Shown here in pieces: positions 40,269 to 53,675 of a DNA stretch of 64,000 nucleotides; positions within the stretch are counted from its first letter, which is position 1, and each line of letters starts with the position of its first letter. The notes under the pieces are model-generated. The model had not been told where the DNA came from. It saw nothing but the letters and a program-made list of their open reading frames with translations, and ran no database searches. The stretch comes from Malacoraja senta. Lineage: Eukaryota. Position numbers and translations under genes: made by a program. The stretch is taken from positions 1,116,001 through 1,180,000 of the forward strand of contig CM075998.1 in NCBI GenBank assembly GCA_038087875.1, read 5' to 3'.

Positions 40269-40789
40269 ATCTCCTGATGGGCTTCATGGGTCTCCCCTGT
40301 GCTAAATATTAGGATATAGACATTATTTTAAGCTTGTGGTGGTGGTAGGAAGGTGGTCTCACCTGCTAAGTGTGCTCATCAGCAATTCAGATGCCGTCAT
40401 TTTCCAAAGAAAGCAAGTTCTTCAGGACTGCGCTATCTTTTGATATTTATTGACTGGGATCCAGGACTGTGAATTTGCAAATTCAACCCCTTCAGAGTAC
40501 GTGCTGTGCATACATCATGAGAACTTATTGAAACAAAACAGAACAATGCCGCTCCATATTTTAAGCTGCTTGTCATTTTGAGTCAGGCCTGTAAATCTTT
40601 ATAAACTGGAGCTCAGTGTCAGGGCAACAGGCCTTGTGCCTAACTGGCAGAGGACCACAGCCAGCAGCTGCTTTCTGTAGCCTCGATCGAGTGGTTGCTG
40701 TTTGCTGAACGGGTCCAGACACTGCGTGTAGATTAGGCCAAAGGTTTCACAGCCAGGTTCACCTTATCCTCCTAATATATGTTCTCCCT

Positions 40790-41676
<887 letters not shown>

Positions 41677-43152
41677 TGAAATTGGGACAAATAGAAGATG
41701 GCCAGAATTGACTCAGTGGCCAGTTTATACTCTAAGCAAATTCCTTGCCCATTGAAGTGAGTTTGATGTGTGACCTCCCAAGGTGAATTTGTTCAATAGG
41801 ATGTAATGTACAAACTCTTCCTAAAGCTCTGAAAATGGCCATTGCTGTTGTACTGTTTACAATGAGAGGCTTGTACGCTCTAACAATATCTGCTGTTCTT
41901 CTCCCTGCAACTGCAGCAACTGACACTATAACTGCTGTCAATAACCTGACACTTGACCGCCACATTGCATCAGAGAGTTTGGTGATGTGTGGGCAAGCAT
42001 TAAAGATTATTCATGTATCAGGGAAATGTAAGATGGTATTAATCTGGAGCAAAACATCAACAAGATTTGTCTTGTTTCCCTCCTTGGCTGAGTGAGCAAC
42101 TACTGAGTGTTCTCTTGAGAGTTACAGGAAAGGGAGGTCCCAGGTTTGCCTGATATCTACGAAGAGCTAGCTGAGTTCCACAGGTAGGGAGGGAATGCAC
42201 AGCCTCAGCAAGGTTCCTTGCTCCCAATTTGTGTCGAGCATCCAGCGATACCTACTCGAGGCTGCATGTGTGTGTGTGGATGGCCGGTGAGAGCAACATT
42301 TGTATCCTATCAGCACTGGATACAGCAAAGGTTATAGGTCGAGGCAACCTCGCATCTGCAGCTCTGAGGGCCTGAACTCTTGAACTAGCTGTGCCTCTCT
42401 AACCAAGCTGTTCCAGTACAATCACAACACTGGCATCTACCCTACAATCTGGAACATTGCCCAGGGTGTCCCGTTGCCCAGACGTAGGATGTACAATGGG
42501 CAGTAATTCGCTGGAATCAGTCTTCTGTCAGTCATCAGCAATGTGATGGAGGTATCATTGACAGTGCTATTCTGTAGTGCGTACTCACTAATAACCTCTT
42601 CACCAAGCCCAGTTTGAGTATCATCTGGACCACTCAAACGTCAGGCCACCGCATTGTTCCAAACATGGTCCAAAAAGCTGAATTCTAGAGGTGAGGTTTA
42701 AGATGTCTGGGTATGTAATGGTAATTATGTATTCTAAAAATGGTAATTGCAAACGACAACCAGAAACTGGAAAAAAAAAATTTAAATAATGAGGGGGAAA
42801 AAAACAGCCCTTGACTCTGTCTCCTGTTCGCATTTAAAAGGCTTGGCATCTGGCAAGATTCCAGGAGCATCTGCTGCTTGTTGAGACACAACCCCAACAG
42901 ATTAGCCAAAAGCAGTTCTGCCAGTAGCTCAAATCTGTTTCTTGCACCACAAAAAGAGCCTGCCTGCTTCTAAACAGCGTTTTTTGTTTGAGAATGTAGT
43001 ATTGGCCAGTGCTAATTGCTCAGTTTCATCTTTTAAAAGTGCAGTCAATGTTTCGGTGGGAAAGCTTGGGGGGAGGAGGAACTGCAGAATGAGGTGATAG
43101 TGTAAGGCTGGGTGGGTTGAAAGGAGAGCAAGTGTAAGAGAGTGAATAGGAG

Positions 43153-44160
43153 TGTAGGAAGGAACTGTAGGTGCTGGCTTACACTGAACATAGACACAAA
43201 AAGCTGGATTAACTCAGCAGGTCAAGCAGCATCTCTGGAGAAAAGGAATAGGTGACGTTTGGGGTCGAGACCCTTCTTCCATCCCACTTTTTCATCCACA
43301 CACTACACGCTAGGGGCACTTTACAGAGACCAGTTAATCTTCAAACCCGCATGTCTTTGGGACGTGGGAGGAAACTGGAGAACCCGGAGGAAACCGGGAG
43401 TGAGAACATGGAAACTCCACACTGACAGAGCCCGTGGTCAGGATTGAACCCGGTTTTCTGGTCCTGTGGGGAGAGGTTTCCTGCAGTCTGCTCTGTCTAT
43501 ACCCCTCAATCTTATATACTGCCATCATCTCTCCTCTTGACTTCCTCAGGAAAAACAAACTCAATCTTTCCAGTCTCTCCTCATAACTGAAACACCATCC
43601 CAGGCAACATCTCCTCTGCACCCTCTTAAGCACTGCCCATCTTTCTTCAAGTGCAGTGAACAGACCTTCATGCAGTACTCCAGCTGATGTTTAACTATTG
43701 TTTTATACAGTTGGAGAATAACCTCTCTGCTCTTTTATTCAATGCCCCAACTAAAGAAGGCCATCATTCCACATGCCTTCTTAACCACCTTACCTAGCTG
43801 TGCTGTCACCTTCAAAGATCTATGGACGTGTACACAAAAGTCGCTGTGTTCTTCAATACCCCCTGGGTCCCAACCATTCGTGGCCTCTATAGTACTCCCA
43901 AAATGCATCATCTCTCATTTATCAGGATCAAACTCCATCTGCCATCTCTCTGCCCATTACACCAACACATTGACATGCTGATAAGTTGTAGGATACGTTG
44001 TAGGAGCAGAATTAGACCATTCGGCCCATCGAGTCTACTCCGCCATTCAATCGTGGCTTATCTATCTTTCCCTCTCAACCCCATTCTCCTGCCTTCTCCT
44101 CATAACCCCCGACACCCGTACTAATCAAGAATATGCCAATCTCCACTTTAAAAATATCAT
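43153..44160 (-). mobile_element. Penelope tail (43153-43280), V-SINE (43278-43470) and CR1 fragments (43470-44160)
   Basis: Similarity to the other copies in this window; FSYEERLERLSLF. Confidence 0.7.
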
Positions 44161-44365
44161 GCTGCAGCTTAAGACTCCCATCCACAATATCAACAACTCT
44201 GCTAATCTTTTATCTCATCAGTATTGGGGAAGAGCAGGAACAAAGAAGGTGAGAGAAAGACCACAGGAGTGGTAGGGGTCATGGGGGTGCATGGTGTAAT
44301 AGTAAAAAGAGAGTGTAAGACTTCTGCTTGGATACAAGGTGGACAGTCCTTTGCTTCCCTTTCAG

Positions 44366-44507
44366 GCTCTATGCTGGACATAATCAGGAAGACAGTGAGC
44401 AGGAATGAACACAGGACTGGCGTGCTGGATGAACCAGTGATCGCAACCGTTCTCAAAGAGGTGTTGGAGGGCTTGGATTATCTGCATAGGAATGGACAGA
44501 TACACAG
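44366..44507 (+). CDS. STK39: SPAK-like kinase exon 4 (142 nt)
   Basis: TTCAG|GC; [46 protein letters not shown](R); AG|GTGAAC. Confidence 0.95.
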
Positions 44508-45485
44508 GTGAACCTTCGAACCTTTGCTCCTAACTCGTACCGAGTCTCAATCTAAATCTGTTTATCAAACAAGAAAATGTCCTTAATAGGATGTTGCAGA
44601 TAAGATCCTGAGGGTCTTGACAGGTTATTTGTGGAGATGTTGTTTCCTCTTGTGGGTGAATCTGGAACTAAGGATCACTGTTTAAATATGAGCGGTCACA
44701 CATTTATGACAGAGGTGAGGTCAATTGGAGCACTGTTCCTCAAAGGGTGGTGGAAGCAGTCTTAATGAATGGTTTTAAGGAATAGGGAGGTTGATTCTTG
44801 ATAAGCAAGTAGAGAAAGTTACTGGGGGGTAGACGGAAATGAGGAGTTGAGGTTACAATCAGGTCAGCCTTAATCTTACTAAATGACAGAGCAGGCTCAA
44901 AGGATCAAATGGCCTACCAATTTGGGAGTTCAATAATCCATTTATTGAAGTACCGTCCAGTTCCTCCTGTAGAGGAGACAGCATTGCAGTGCAGTCTCAC
45001 AGCTCCAGATACTCAGATTCAATCCCAACCTCCGGTGCTGTCTGTGTGGAGTTTGCTCGTTCTCCCTGTGACCATGAGCAGAAAACAAATGGCTGGAGGA
45101 ACTCAGTGGGTCGGGCTATAATCTTGGTCAGGAACCCAGGCATATTATCTATTTGCGATGGGAGAGCAAGTGGGGCCTTGGTTTAATATCTCATCTGAAG
45201 GCAGGATGCTACACTGAGTGTCAGCCTAGATTTTTTGGCTCGGAGTCTCAACAACCCACTGGCCCAGGGACAACGGCACGTCCAATTCGACCGCAAACTG
45301 GTCAGTTCTTTGGCTGTGTCCTCCTTTGTTTAAAGGTTGATTAGCACAACCTCTTAAATAGAGAGGTTCATAAGCCGCAACTAACAAGGGAAGGGTGACT
45401 GAGGCAGTGGACAAAGCAAATGGACACAAGGTCTGACAACTCATCAGTAATCCTAATTGTTTTTTAATGTCTGTATTATTTTCAG

Positions 45486-45541
45486 GGACGTTAAAGCTGG
45501 TAATATTCTACTTGGAGATGATGGATCGATACAAATTGCAG
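45486..45541 (+). CDS. STK39: SPAK-like kinase exon 5 (56 nt)
   Basis: TTCAG|G; DVKAGNILLGDDGSIQIA; G|GTAGGT. Confidence 0.95.
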
Positions 45542-46897
45542 GTAGGTTGAGCAGATGCTAATGTCACTATTATAAATTAACTCAAAATAATGTCCTTAAT
45601 GTACTTTGCTTGCAAATTAAATGAATTAGGCCAGTGTAGATTATTACTAGAACAGAAAACAAACTTGATTATTTTTAACATCCCAGCATCTCCAATTGGT
45701 AAAGTGAGTAATGGTGACACAGACCCCAAAGTCTGCAGTGGTCTCGGCTTTGTGAGAATTGATTCTATTGCTGGCTCTACCCCCGAGCTGAAATCACAGT
45801 TCCTCCATAATCTAATCTCAGTAATAAACTGAAAGGTTAAAGCAATCAGTGCATATGCTATCTGAGTAGTGGGGACCGTTTTGAGTGCAAAATAATGTAA
45901 AGTAAGTGATAGCTGATTTTATATCTTTGCCCAAGTTTATTTCCAAAGAAACAAATGAAATACAAATGAGCTGCCAATTTGCTGTTGCCTATTTACAGCA
46001 TTGTATAAAACATGTTTACTTGTTGGAGTGCTAGTACTTGTTCAGTACCCAGTCTCCACTGAATTCTATTAAAGCAATAGCCAGTACTTTCAGGGAAAGG
46101 AAGGCAGAGAATGTTGTTACAAAAGTGTCCTTTGGAGACTGAGTTTTATGAAGCAACACTTGGATTTTTGTAGCATCTTTAACACAGCGAAAATATCTCT
46201 AGGCATTTCGAAGGAATGTTATTAGACAAAAAAACAATGATACAGGAGACCAAAATATCTGTCAAAGACATAGGTTTTACAGGGCCTCTTAAAGTGTGGG
46301 GGGGGAAAGAGGCAGGGCGATTTAAGGAGGAAATTCTGGAACGCAGGGAGCTGAAGGCAGAATGTGTGTTAAAGGAGGTGGGGAGTGATGGGGGGGGGGG
46401 GGGGTCGGCTTTCCAGGAACACAGACTCGGAGTGTTACAGGGCTAGAAGAGGTTGTGGATGAAGCAATCATGAGATTTGAACTGCAAGATGATCTTTAAA
46501 TCTGAGATGGACCGGGAGCCAGTGCCGGTAAACACAGGAATGATGGATGAATGACACTGAGGAGGCAGAGTTCTGGATGAGCGTAGTTTGTACTCCATAA
46601 TGTTTAATCTATATTTTTGTGTCTCCTGAGGTAATTAAATAACATTTCCTATTGTCACTGCAATAAAGGCAGACTTTAATACCAACCCTTTCATCACCAG
46701 GTATGGATGTGGAGGAGGAATCGAGTGGCTGCTAGTCTGTATACCTTCCCCAGCTGACTCACCCGTGCATACATTGCCTGAAGCTACACTGGCAGCTGAT
46801 AGCCCACATTGTGCTTCAGTGCCCCATGGCAATGTTACTGATGCAAAGATTTTTTTTTCCAGAGAACTGTGTAACAGTTGACTTCTTCCTTTGCTAG

Positions 46898-47007
46898 ATT
46901 TTGGCGTTAGTGCCTTTCTGGCTGGTGGTGGGGATATGACCAGAAATAAAGTGCGCAAAACCTTTGTGGGAACTCCATGCTGGATGGCCCCTGAAGTGAT
47001 GGAACAG
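46898..47007 (+). CDS. STK39: SPAK-like kinase exon 6 (110 nt, activation loop)
   Basis: GCTAG|AT; [37 protein letters not shown]; CAG|GTAAAT. Confidence 0.95.
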
Positions 47008-48539
47008 GTAAATCAAGGTTTCATGTTAACCTTTTGCTAAAGTAGGGCCTGGTTTGCATCATTTGTTTCGCAAACCCAGACTTTAACCTAATATGGCTTG
47101 ATCAGTTGTGGTTTACCAACTCAACCCTGATGCTTGCAGAGTGAATTAGGGAACCTGATTCACATCTCCCTTGTTGAGCGATGGGATCTCTAACTTTCCT
47201 GGGGCTGACGGGTATTAGGGAGTTTGAGCACTCATTTCACCTCCAAAACTGACCTAATCGAAGTCTGCTGGAAGTTGTGACAATCTGATTTGGGTGACAT
47301 AAGTTGGCAAACCTCAGTCCCTGTGGCCACCAAAGCATTGCTGCAGGAAATGCCCAATGTACCATGGTATTACTCTTCCTCATGCCTTATAATGGGGTTG
47401 TGCCATGGTTACTTCAGTGGACCAATGTAGATCATTGATGTCAAATTAAACTAATCCCTTGTGCCTGCATGTGAACCATGTCCCTGCATATTCATGTGCT
47501 TAACCAAAAGCCTCTTAAAAGCCACTATGGTATCTGCTTCCACCACCCCCCTGGTACCTTCCAGGTACTGTGAATAAAAAATGAGCCTTGGGAATGCAGA
47601 ATTGCACAACGTAAATACGATATCCTAATGTCCAAAACCGCTTCAATGCATACTCTCATATTTAAGCCTTCGCCTTGCTGTCTAATCCCATTTACCAACC
47701 GCAGAAATGATATTTCATCAGCTCTCAGTGCTTCACTGTGAGATCGTTATTCATGTGACAAGGCTTGTGGTGGATCAAGTGCAAAGGATGGGATGGTTGC
47801 AGCCAAATCATGAGGAAGGATTGTTACAAAATGGAGTGGGTGTACTATTAAAATATGGAATGGGTGTGTCGAATTGTACTCTGGGTGGGCTGTATCTTGA
47901 TCTGGTTTCATTGGAAGCTGTCAGTGCTGGATTTGGTGAAAGGCCAAAATGTGTTACATTTTATTCTTGGACAAATATCTCCTATCACAAAATGTGGTGG
48001 TGCAGCTACCGTTTGTTTTGCCTCAGTTAAGCACGGATTAGAAAATGCTGCATTTATACGTAACGTCAATGTGGAATGCAAACTCAGTCTCTAAAATCAG
48101 CCCTCTGTTAATTATCCAGCAATGACTTTTATTTGAATGCTTTCGGCCTTAAGCTGAATCTCTTCGCACATGTTGCCTGACCTGCCGTATCTCCAGCATT
48201 TTGATTTTATTTTATTTTTCCAGGGTTTTCCTATTTCCCTTTAAAAAATAAATTGCAATTGACCTCAGCAAATGATCTGCACTAAAATAGTAGCTGATTA
48301 TTTCCAGGAGCTGCATCTGTAGCCTGTGAGCCAGATGCAGCTCACATCCTCTGGGAGTCTGGCCTCTGGTATCAGAATCCTAGTTTCACTTGTGTTTGTT
48401 ACCCATCTGCTAATTTGGAGATGGCTCGACAAGATTGTCAGCCATTAGATAAATCCCAAATCATTTATTGCTATTCACAGCCCAACATGTACATTAAGGA
48501 TAGCATTTTGAAGCATCAAAAGGTTCCATAGTATACAAG

Positions 48540-49530
48540 GGAGACACAAGTGACTGCAGATGCTGAAATCTTGAGCAAAAAACAAAACTGAAATACTGGA
48601 GAGACTCGGTGGGTCTGACAGCATCTGTGGGGGGGAATGGACAAACAACATTTCGAGCCAGGGCTCTTTCTTCAGGCTGAGGGAATCTTCTTTCGTCTGA
48701 AGAAGGGTCCCAACCTGAAACATCGCCTGTCCATTTCCTCAACAGATGCTGCTTGACCCCCTGAACATTGCCAGAGCGAGGCCACACACACTGGAGGAAC
48801 CGCACCTCATATTCCACATAGGTAGCTTACAACCCAATAGTATGAACATTGAATTCTCCAATTTTAGGTCACCTCAAACAATCCCCCCCCCCCACCTTCC
48901 TTCTCTTCCCTGTGCCCTACCTGGATTTGCAGCAATTTCTCCCCTCCCCCTCCCACCTACATTCCTTCCTCTGGTTTCACAATTGACAACTCTTCTGTCC
49001 TTATCTCACACCTTCTGTCCTTTCATATCTGACTTTGTTCAATCATTCGCCTATCCAATAAAACCCCTCACCTGTATCACTTTATTCTCCCAATTGTGCT
49101 AGCCCTTGCTGTCTCCTCCCCTTCCTCAGCCCTCTGGCTGTCTCCTCCCATCCCTCAGCCCTCAGGCTCCTCCTCCGCCTTTTTCCTTTCTTCTCACCCC
49201 CCCCCCCACCCCTATCAGTCTGAAGAAGGGTTTCGGCCCAAAACGTTCAATAAAAAAATAAAATAAAAATTTAATTAAAAAAATATATATATATATTTCC
49301 TTCGCTCCATAGATGCTGCTGCACCCGCTGAGTTTCTCCAGCATTTTTGTGTACCTTCCACCAGGCTTTGTCTGTCTCTCCTTTCTTTCAGTTTTCTTCC
49401 CCCCCCCCCCCCTCACCCCACCACAATAAATCTGAAAAAGGGTTCTGCCCCGAAACATCACCTATCCATATTCTCCTTGTTTCCACTCCATGATTCCAAC
49501 ATCTGCAGCTGCAGTTCCTTGAGTTTCCAG
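48540..49530. mobile_element. Composite Penelope array: inverted tail, GIY-YIG end and three plus-strand tails
   Basis: LEEPHLIFHIGSLQPNSMNIEFSNF; hammerhead-like motifs starting at 48697, 49220 and 49432. Confidence 0.8.
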
Positions 49531-49614
49531 CAGATGTCAGCGTTGTGGTGAGCACACTACCTTTGCACAAGTCCCCATTTAGATGGTTTCCAGTTGTTTC
49601 AGACCAACTCCTGA

Positions 49615-49752
<138 letters not shown>

Positions 49753-49801
49753 TAGTTTGCACATTTGATGGATGTTCGGGAGTAAGTTATCTGGAGAGAA
49801 T

Positions 49802-49983
49802 GTGTCGGAAGGAACTGCTGATGCTGGTTTACACTGAAGAGAGATACAAAGTGCTGAGCAACTCAGCGGGTCAGGCAGCATCTCTGGAGAGAAGGAATGG
49901 GTGACGTTTCAGGTCCCGAAACGTCACCCATTCCTTCTCTCCAGAGATGCCACCTGACCCGCTGAGTTACTCAACACTTTGTC
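49802..49983. mobile_element. Fold-back Penelope-tail element, 65-bp arms, 14-bp TSD
   Basis: Arms 49846-49910 and 49918-49982 (4 mismatches); TATC(T/A)GGAGAGAAT at 49788-49801 and 49984-49997. Confidence 0.85.
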
Positions 49984-50535
49984 TATCAGGAGAGAATCCT
50001 GTATCACCAGGAGTGAGTGACACACAATCAGATGAGTTACATTTTTCCTTGCAAAATAAATCTAATCTAGGTTTGTGGGTTTTCTGGGAACTGTAAATCA
50101 AGATCTAACCTTCATAGCACCCTTAGCATAGCACCTAAATACTTAATTAGCAACTTTCTGGAGACAAAATGTATTAAGTTGCCTGTTTAAAACTAAAACT
50201 AAAAATGTTCAATCAGCCAGTAATCTATTTCAGAATTCCGATTTTATGCAAACTGATTACAATTTGACTTCATGATCCAAGCCCGTGACTGATTTGCATT
50301 GGAATTTGAACTAAGCTGTGTTTATTTCAATGTCAGAATGGAGCTGATTTTTTTTTTTTTTAGTTGCTAGGACCGGATTAAAGGAAAAAAGGTTGCAAGA
50401 AATGGAAACGGAGTTGAATGATAAAACAGCAGTTGGTGGCGGCTTGAATGTTTTGAGTACAGTGATGTTTTGGTTACAGTAGGAGAGCACTCCCAGTGCA
50501 CATTACAACTCGTCTCTCCTTTAACCCGGCTCCAG

Positions 50536-50669
50536 GTTCTGATGGTGACTCTCCAGAACGAGCCCCCTATTCTCGAGACGGGTGTAGAGGACAAGGAGAT
50601 GGTTAAGAAGTATGGCAAGTCCTTCCGTAAACTGATTGCCCTGTGCCTGCAGAAGGACCCTACAAAGAG
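50536..50669 (+). CDS. STK39: SPAK-like kinase exon 8 (134 nt)
   Basis: [44 protein letters not shown](R); AG|GTGTGT. Confidence 0.95.
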
Positions 50670-50861
50670 GTGTGTTCACTGACGTCAGTCGTAGACAGAA
50701 TGCAATAGGAAAGTAGGCCAGGAGACAGGGCTGTGGGCTCGGGATCAGCTGAAGCCATGACTCGGACCGATCGAATACTCAGGCCAACACATATTAGTGC
50801 CGCCTTCAAGACGAGGGCTGAAATCCAGCTGTAGAGAGAAAGGCGATTCCTGTTGATCACA

Positions 50862-51098
50862 AGCTGGTAGAGCTGCTGCCTCGCAGTGCCAGGTTCGATT
50901 CTAACCTCAGGTGCTGTCTGTGTGGAGTTTACAAGTTCTCCCTGTGATCACGTGGGTTTCCTCCCATATCCCAAAGACATGAGGATTTGTAGGTTAATTG
51001 GCCCTCTATAAATTGCCCCTGGTGTGTTGGAAGTGGATGAGAAAGGGGGATAACGTAGAACTAGTATTTTCAGGTGATTGCTGGTTGGCATGGACTCA
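50862..51098 (+). mobile_element. V-SINE (HE1-like); tail appears split by the following CR1 and resumes near 52084
   Basis: V-domain present; ...GGCATGGACTC at 51087-51097 continues as GACTCGCTGGGCTGAAGGGCCTGTTTCC at 52084. Confidence 0.7.
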
Positions 51099-52083
51099 TA
51101 CATAGATACATAGAAAATAGGTGCAGGAGTAGGCCATTCGGCCCTTCGAGCCTGCACCGCCATTCAATAGGATCATGGCTGATCATCCAACTCAGTATCC
51201 CGCACCTGCCTTCTCTCCATACCCCCTGATCCCTTTAGCCACAAGGGCCACATCTAACTCCCTCTTAAATATAGCCAATGAACTGGCCTCAACTACCCTC
51301 TGTGGCAGAGAGTTCCAGAGATTCACCACTCTGTGTGAAAAATGTTCTTCTCATCTCGGTCTTAAAGGATTTCCCCTTATCCTTAAACTGTGACCCCTTG
51401 TCCTGGACTTCCCCAACATCGGGAACAATCTTCCTGCATCTAGCCTGTCCAACCCCATAAGAATTTTGTAAGTTTCTATAAGATCCCCTCTCAATCTCCT
51501 AAATTCTAGCGAGTATAAGCCGAGTCTATCCAGTCTTTCTTCATATGAAAGTCCTGACATCCCAGGAATCAGTCTGGTGAACCTTCTCTGCACTCCCTCT
51601 ATGGCAATAATGTCCTTCCTCAGATTTGGAGACCAAAACTGTACGCAATACTCCAGGTGTGGTCTCACCAAGACCCTGTACAACTGCAGTAGAACCTCCC
51701 TGCTCCTATACTCAAATCCTTTTGCTATGAAAGCTAACATACCATTCGCTTTCTTCACTGCCTGCATCTCCCCTTTTCCTAATTGGCCACCATTTAGATA
51801 ATTGTCTGCTTTCCTGTTTTTGCCACCAAAGTGGATAACCTCACATTTATCCACATTATACTGCATCTGCCAAACATTTGCCCACTTACCCAGCCTATCC
51901 AAGTCACCTTGCAGTCTCCTAGCATCCTCCTCACAGCTAACACTGCCCCCCAGCTTAGTGTCATCCGCAAACTTGGAGATGTTGCCTTCAATTCCCTCAT
52001 CCAGATCATTAATATAAATTGTAAATAGCTGGGGTCCCAGCACTGAGCCTTGCGGTACCCCACTAGTCACTGCCTGCCATTGT
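51099..52083 (-). mobile_element. Young CR1 (HER1-like) LINE, 5'-truncated RT with 3' UTR
   Basis: ORF 51351-52070: SGVPQGSVLGPQLFTIYINDLD...ISKFADDTKL...RPHLEYCVQFWSP. Confidence 0.92.
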
Positions 52084-52740
52084 GACTCGCTGGGCTGAAG
52101 GGCCTGTTTCCCTGCTGTATCTCAGTATCGCTATAAGCTTTGACATTGAAGGATAGGATGAGTGCCTGTTCCTACTCTCGTCTACGAATGAACCATAACG
52201 AGCCATCCAGTTATAGCTGGGGGTTGCAAGTCATGAGGAAGCATGGGAACAGATGAGGAGGTGGGAACAGTGATCGCAAACCTCCAATAACTTGTGGCAA
52301 AAACAGCCTGATGCACCGTGCTGTGTGTGTGTGAAGTATGGATAACAACGTGGAAATGTGCCAGGTACTAAACCTTGTGGCTGGGGGTGGGTGAACGCAG
52401 AGCGTCTACTACACATGAACACAAGCGTCCCGTCCTGCCAGTGTTTAACTGACGACACTGTTCAGGCTTGGACACTGGGTGTCCAGTTTGCATTTCAATG
52501 TCACTCATTGCTCCCACACAGCCATGTGTGACTAGGGAGCACAAAGGGACGGCAGCCAACTCCCTCCACGAGGAGAAACTGGGGCAGAGGGTAGCGAGGC
52601 GGTAAAGAAAAGAGGAAGTGTGCTGCTGATGTCTGAAGTTTACCTGATGTGGCCTCCGGGCTGCCGGTTCATCGCAATGCCTCGACCCTTCCTCCCCGCT
52701 TTCAACGTGCCCAACTCACTCTGTAAACTCTATTTTACAG

Positions 52741-52789
52741 GCCCACTGCAGCAGAGCTGCTGAAGCACAAATTCTTTCAGAAATCAAAG
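52741..52789 (+). CDS. STK39: SPAK-like kinase exon 9 (49 nt)
   Basis: TTTTACAG|G; PTAAELLKHKFFQKSK; AAG|GTAAAT. Confidence 0.93.
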
Positions 52790-53609
52790 GTAAATGAGAG
52801 AGGAAAGTCAATAACCCAGTGGTGGCATGAACCGCGGCGAGAGTCTGTTTCAACAGTGACGCCCATGCCAGTCATTTACACGCGAGATGGAATTCCAGAC
52901 TACTGGTCTCATTGCACTTCTCAACAAAGCAGTCTTCACGCGTACAGTCATAGAGGCACACAGCACGCAAGCAGGCCATTCGGTCACCATGTCCATACCG
53001 ACCCATCCACATTAACCCCCTTTTCCATCACTTGGCTTGTAACCACCGAAGCCTGGGTGATTCCAGTGCACAATCATACAATGGTAACAGTGCAGGAGGT
53101 GGCCATTTGGCCCATGGTGCCAGTCCTGGCTCTCTACCACAGCAACACAGCCAGTCCACAAAGTCCTGTCATTTTTCTATTCAAAGTAATGATCCAATCC
53201 CTTTTGGAAAGCCCCTGTGAACTTTCATGCACCTGCCTTTACAAACAGCACCTTCCAACCATTAACCTGCTATACATGTGTTTGCCCCAATCCCAAACTG
53301 TATCTGATCCTTTGGAGCTGATTTTCCAGTTGATCTGTGGGAGCAGTGTGGAAAACCGGAAGAGGGAGAGTGGCAGTGGGGTGGCAGAGTTGATCATTCT
53401 TCAGCCGGGCATGCACCACTTCCACTGGGGGGCTGAGGATGCACGAGGACAAGCCGGGTAGAGGCAGAGTCCAACTGTGTGATACAAATGTGCATACCTG
53501 GCAAAGAATTGCTTTCCTCTTCCTGCTCCCACTGGATACATGTTGCTTTTTCAATTGAACCAATACTCCATAGCTGTGGATTTATGCAAAACCCATTGTC
53601 TTGTTTCAG

Positions 53610-53675
53610 AATAAAGATTATTTGATGGAGAAGTTGTTGGGACAACCACAATGCAGAGGCCAAAGGGACCCAAAG
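53610..53675 (+). CDS. STK39: SPAK-like kinase exon 10 (66 nt)
   Basis: TTGTTTCAG|AAT; NKDYLMEKLLGQPQCRGQRDPK (22 aa, aligns to NREYLIEKLL...RAKK); AAG|GTAAGG. Confidence 0.9.
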
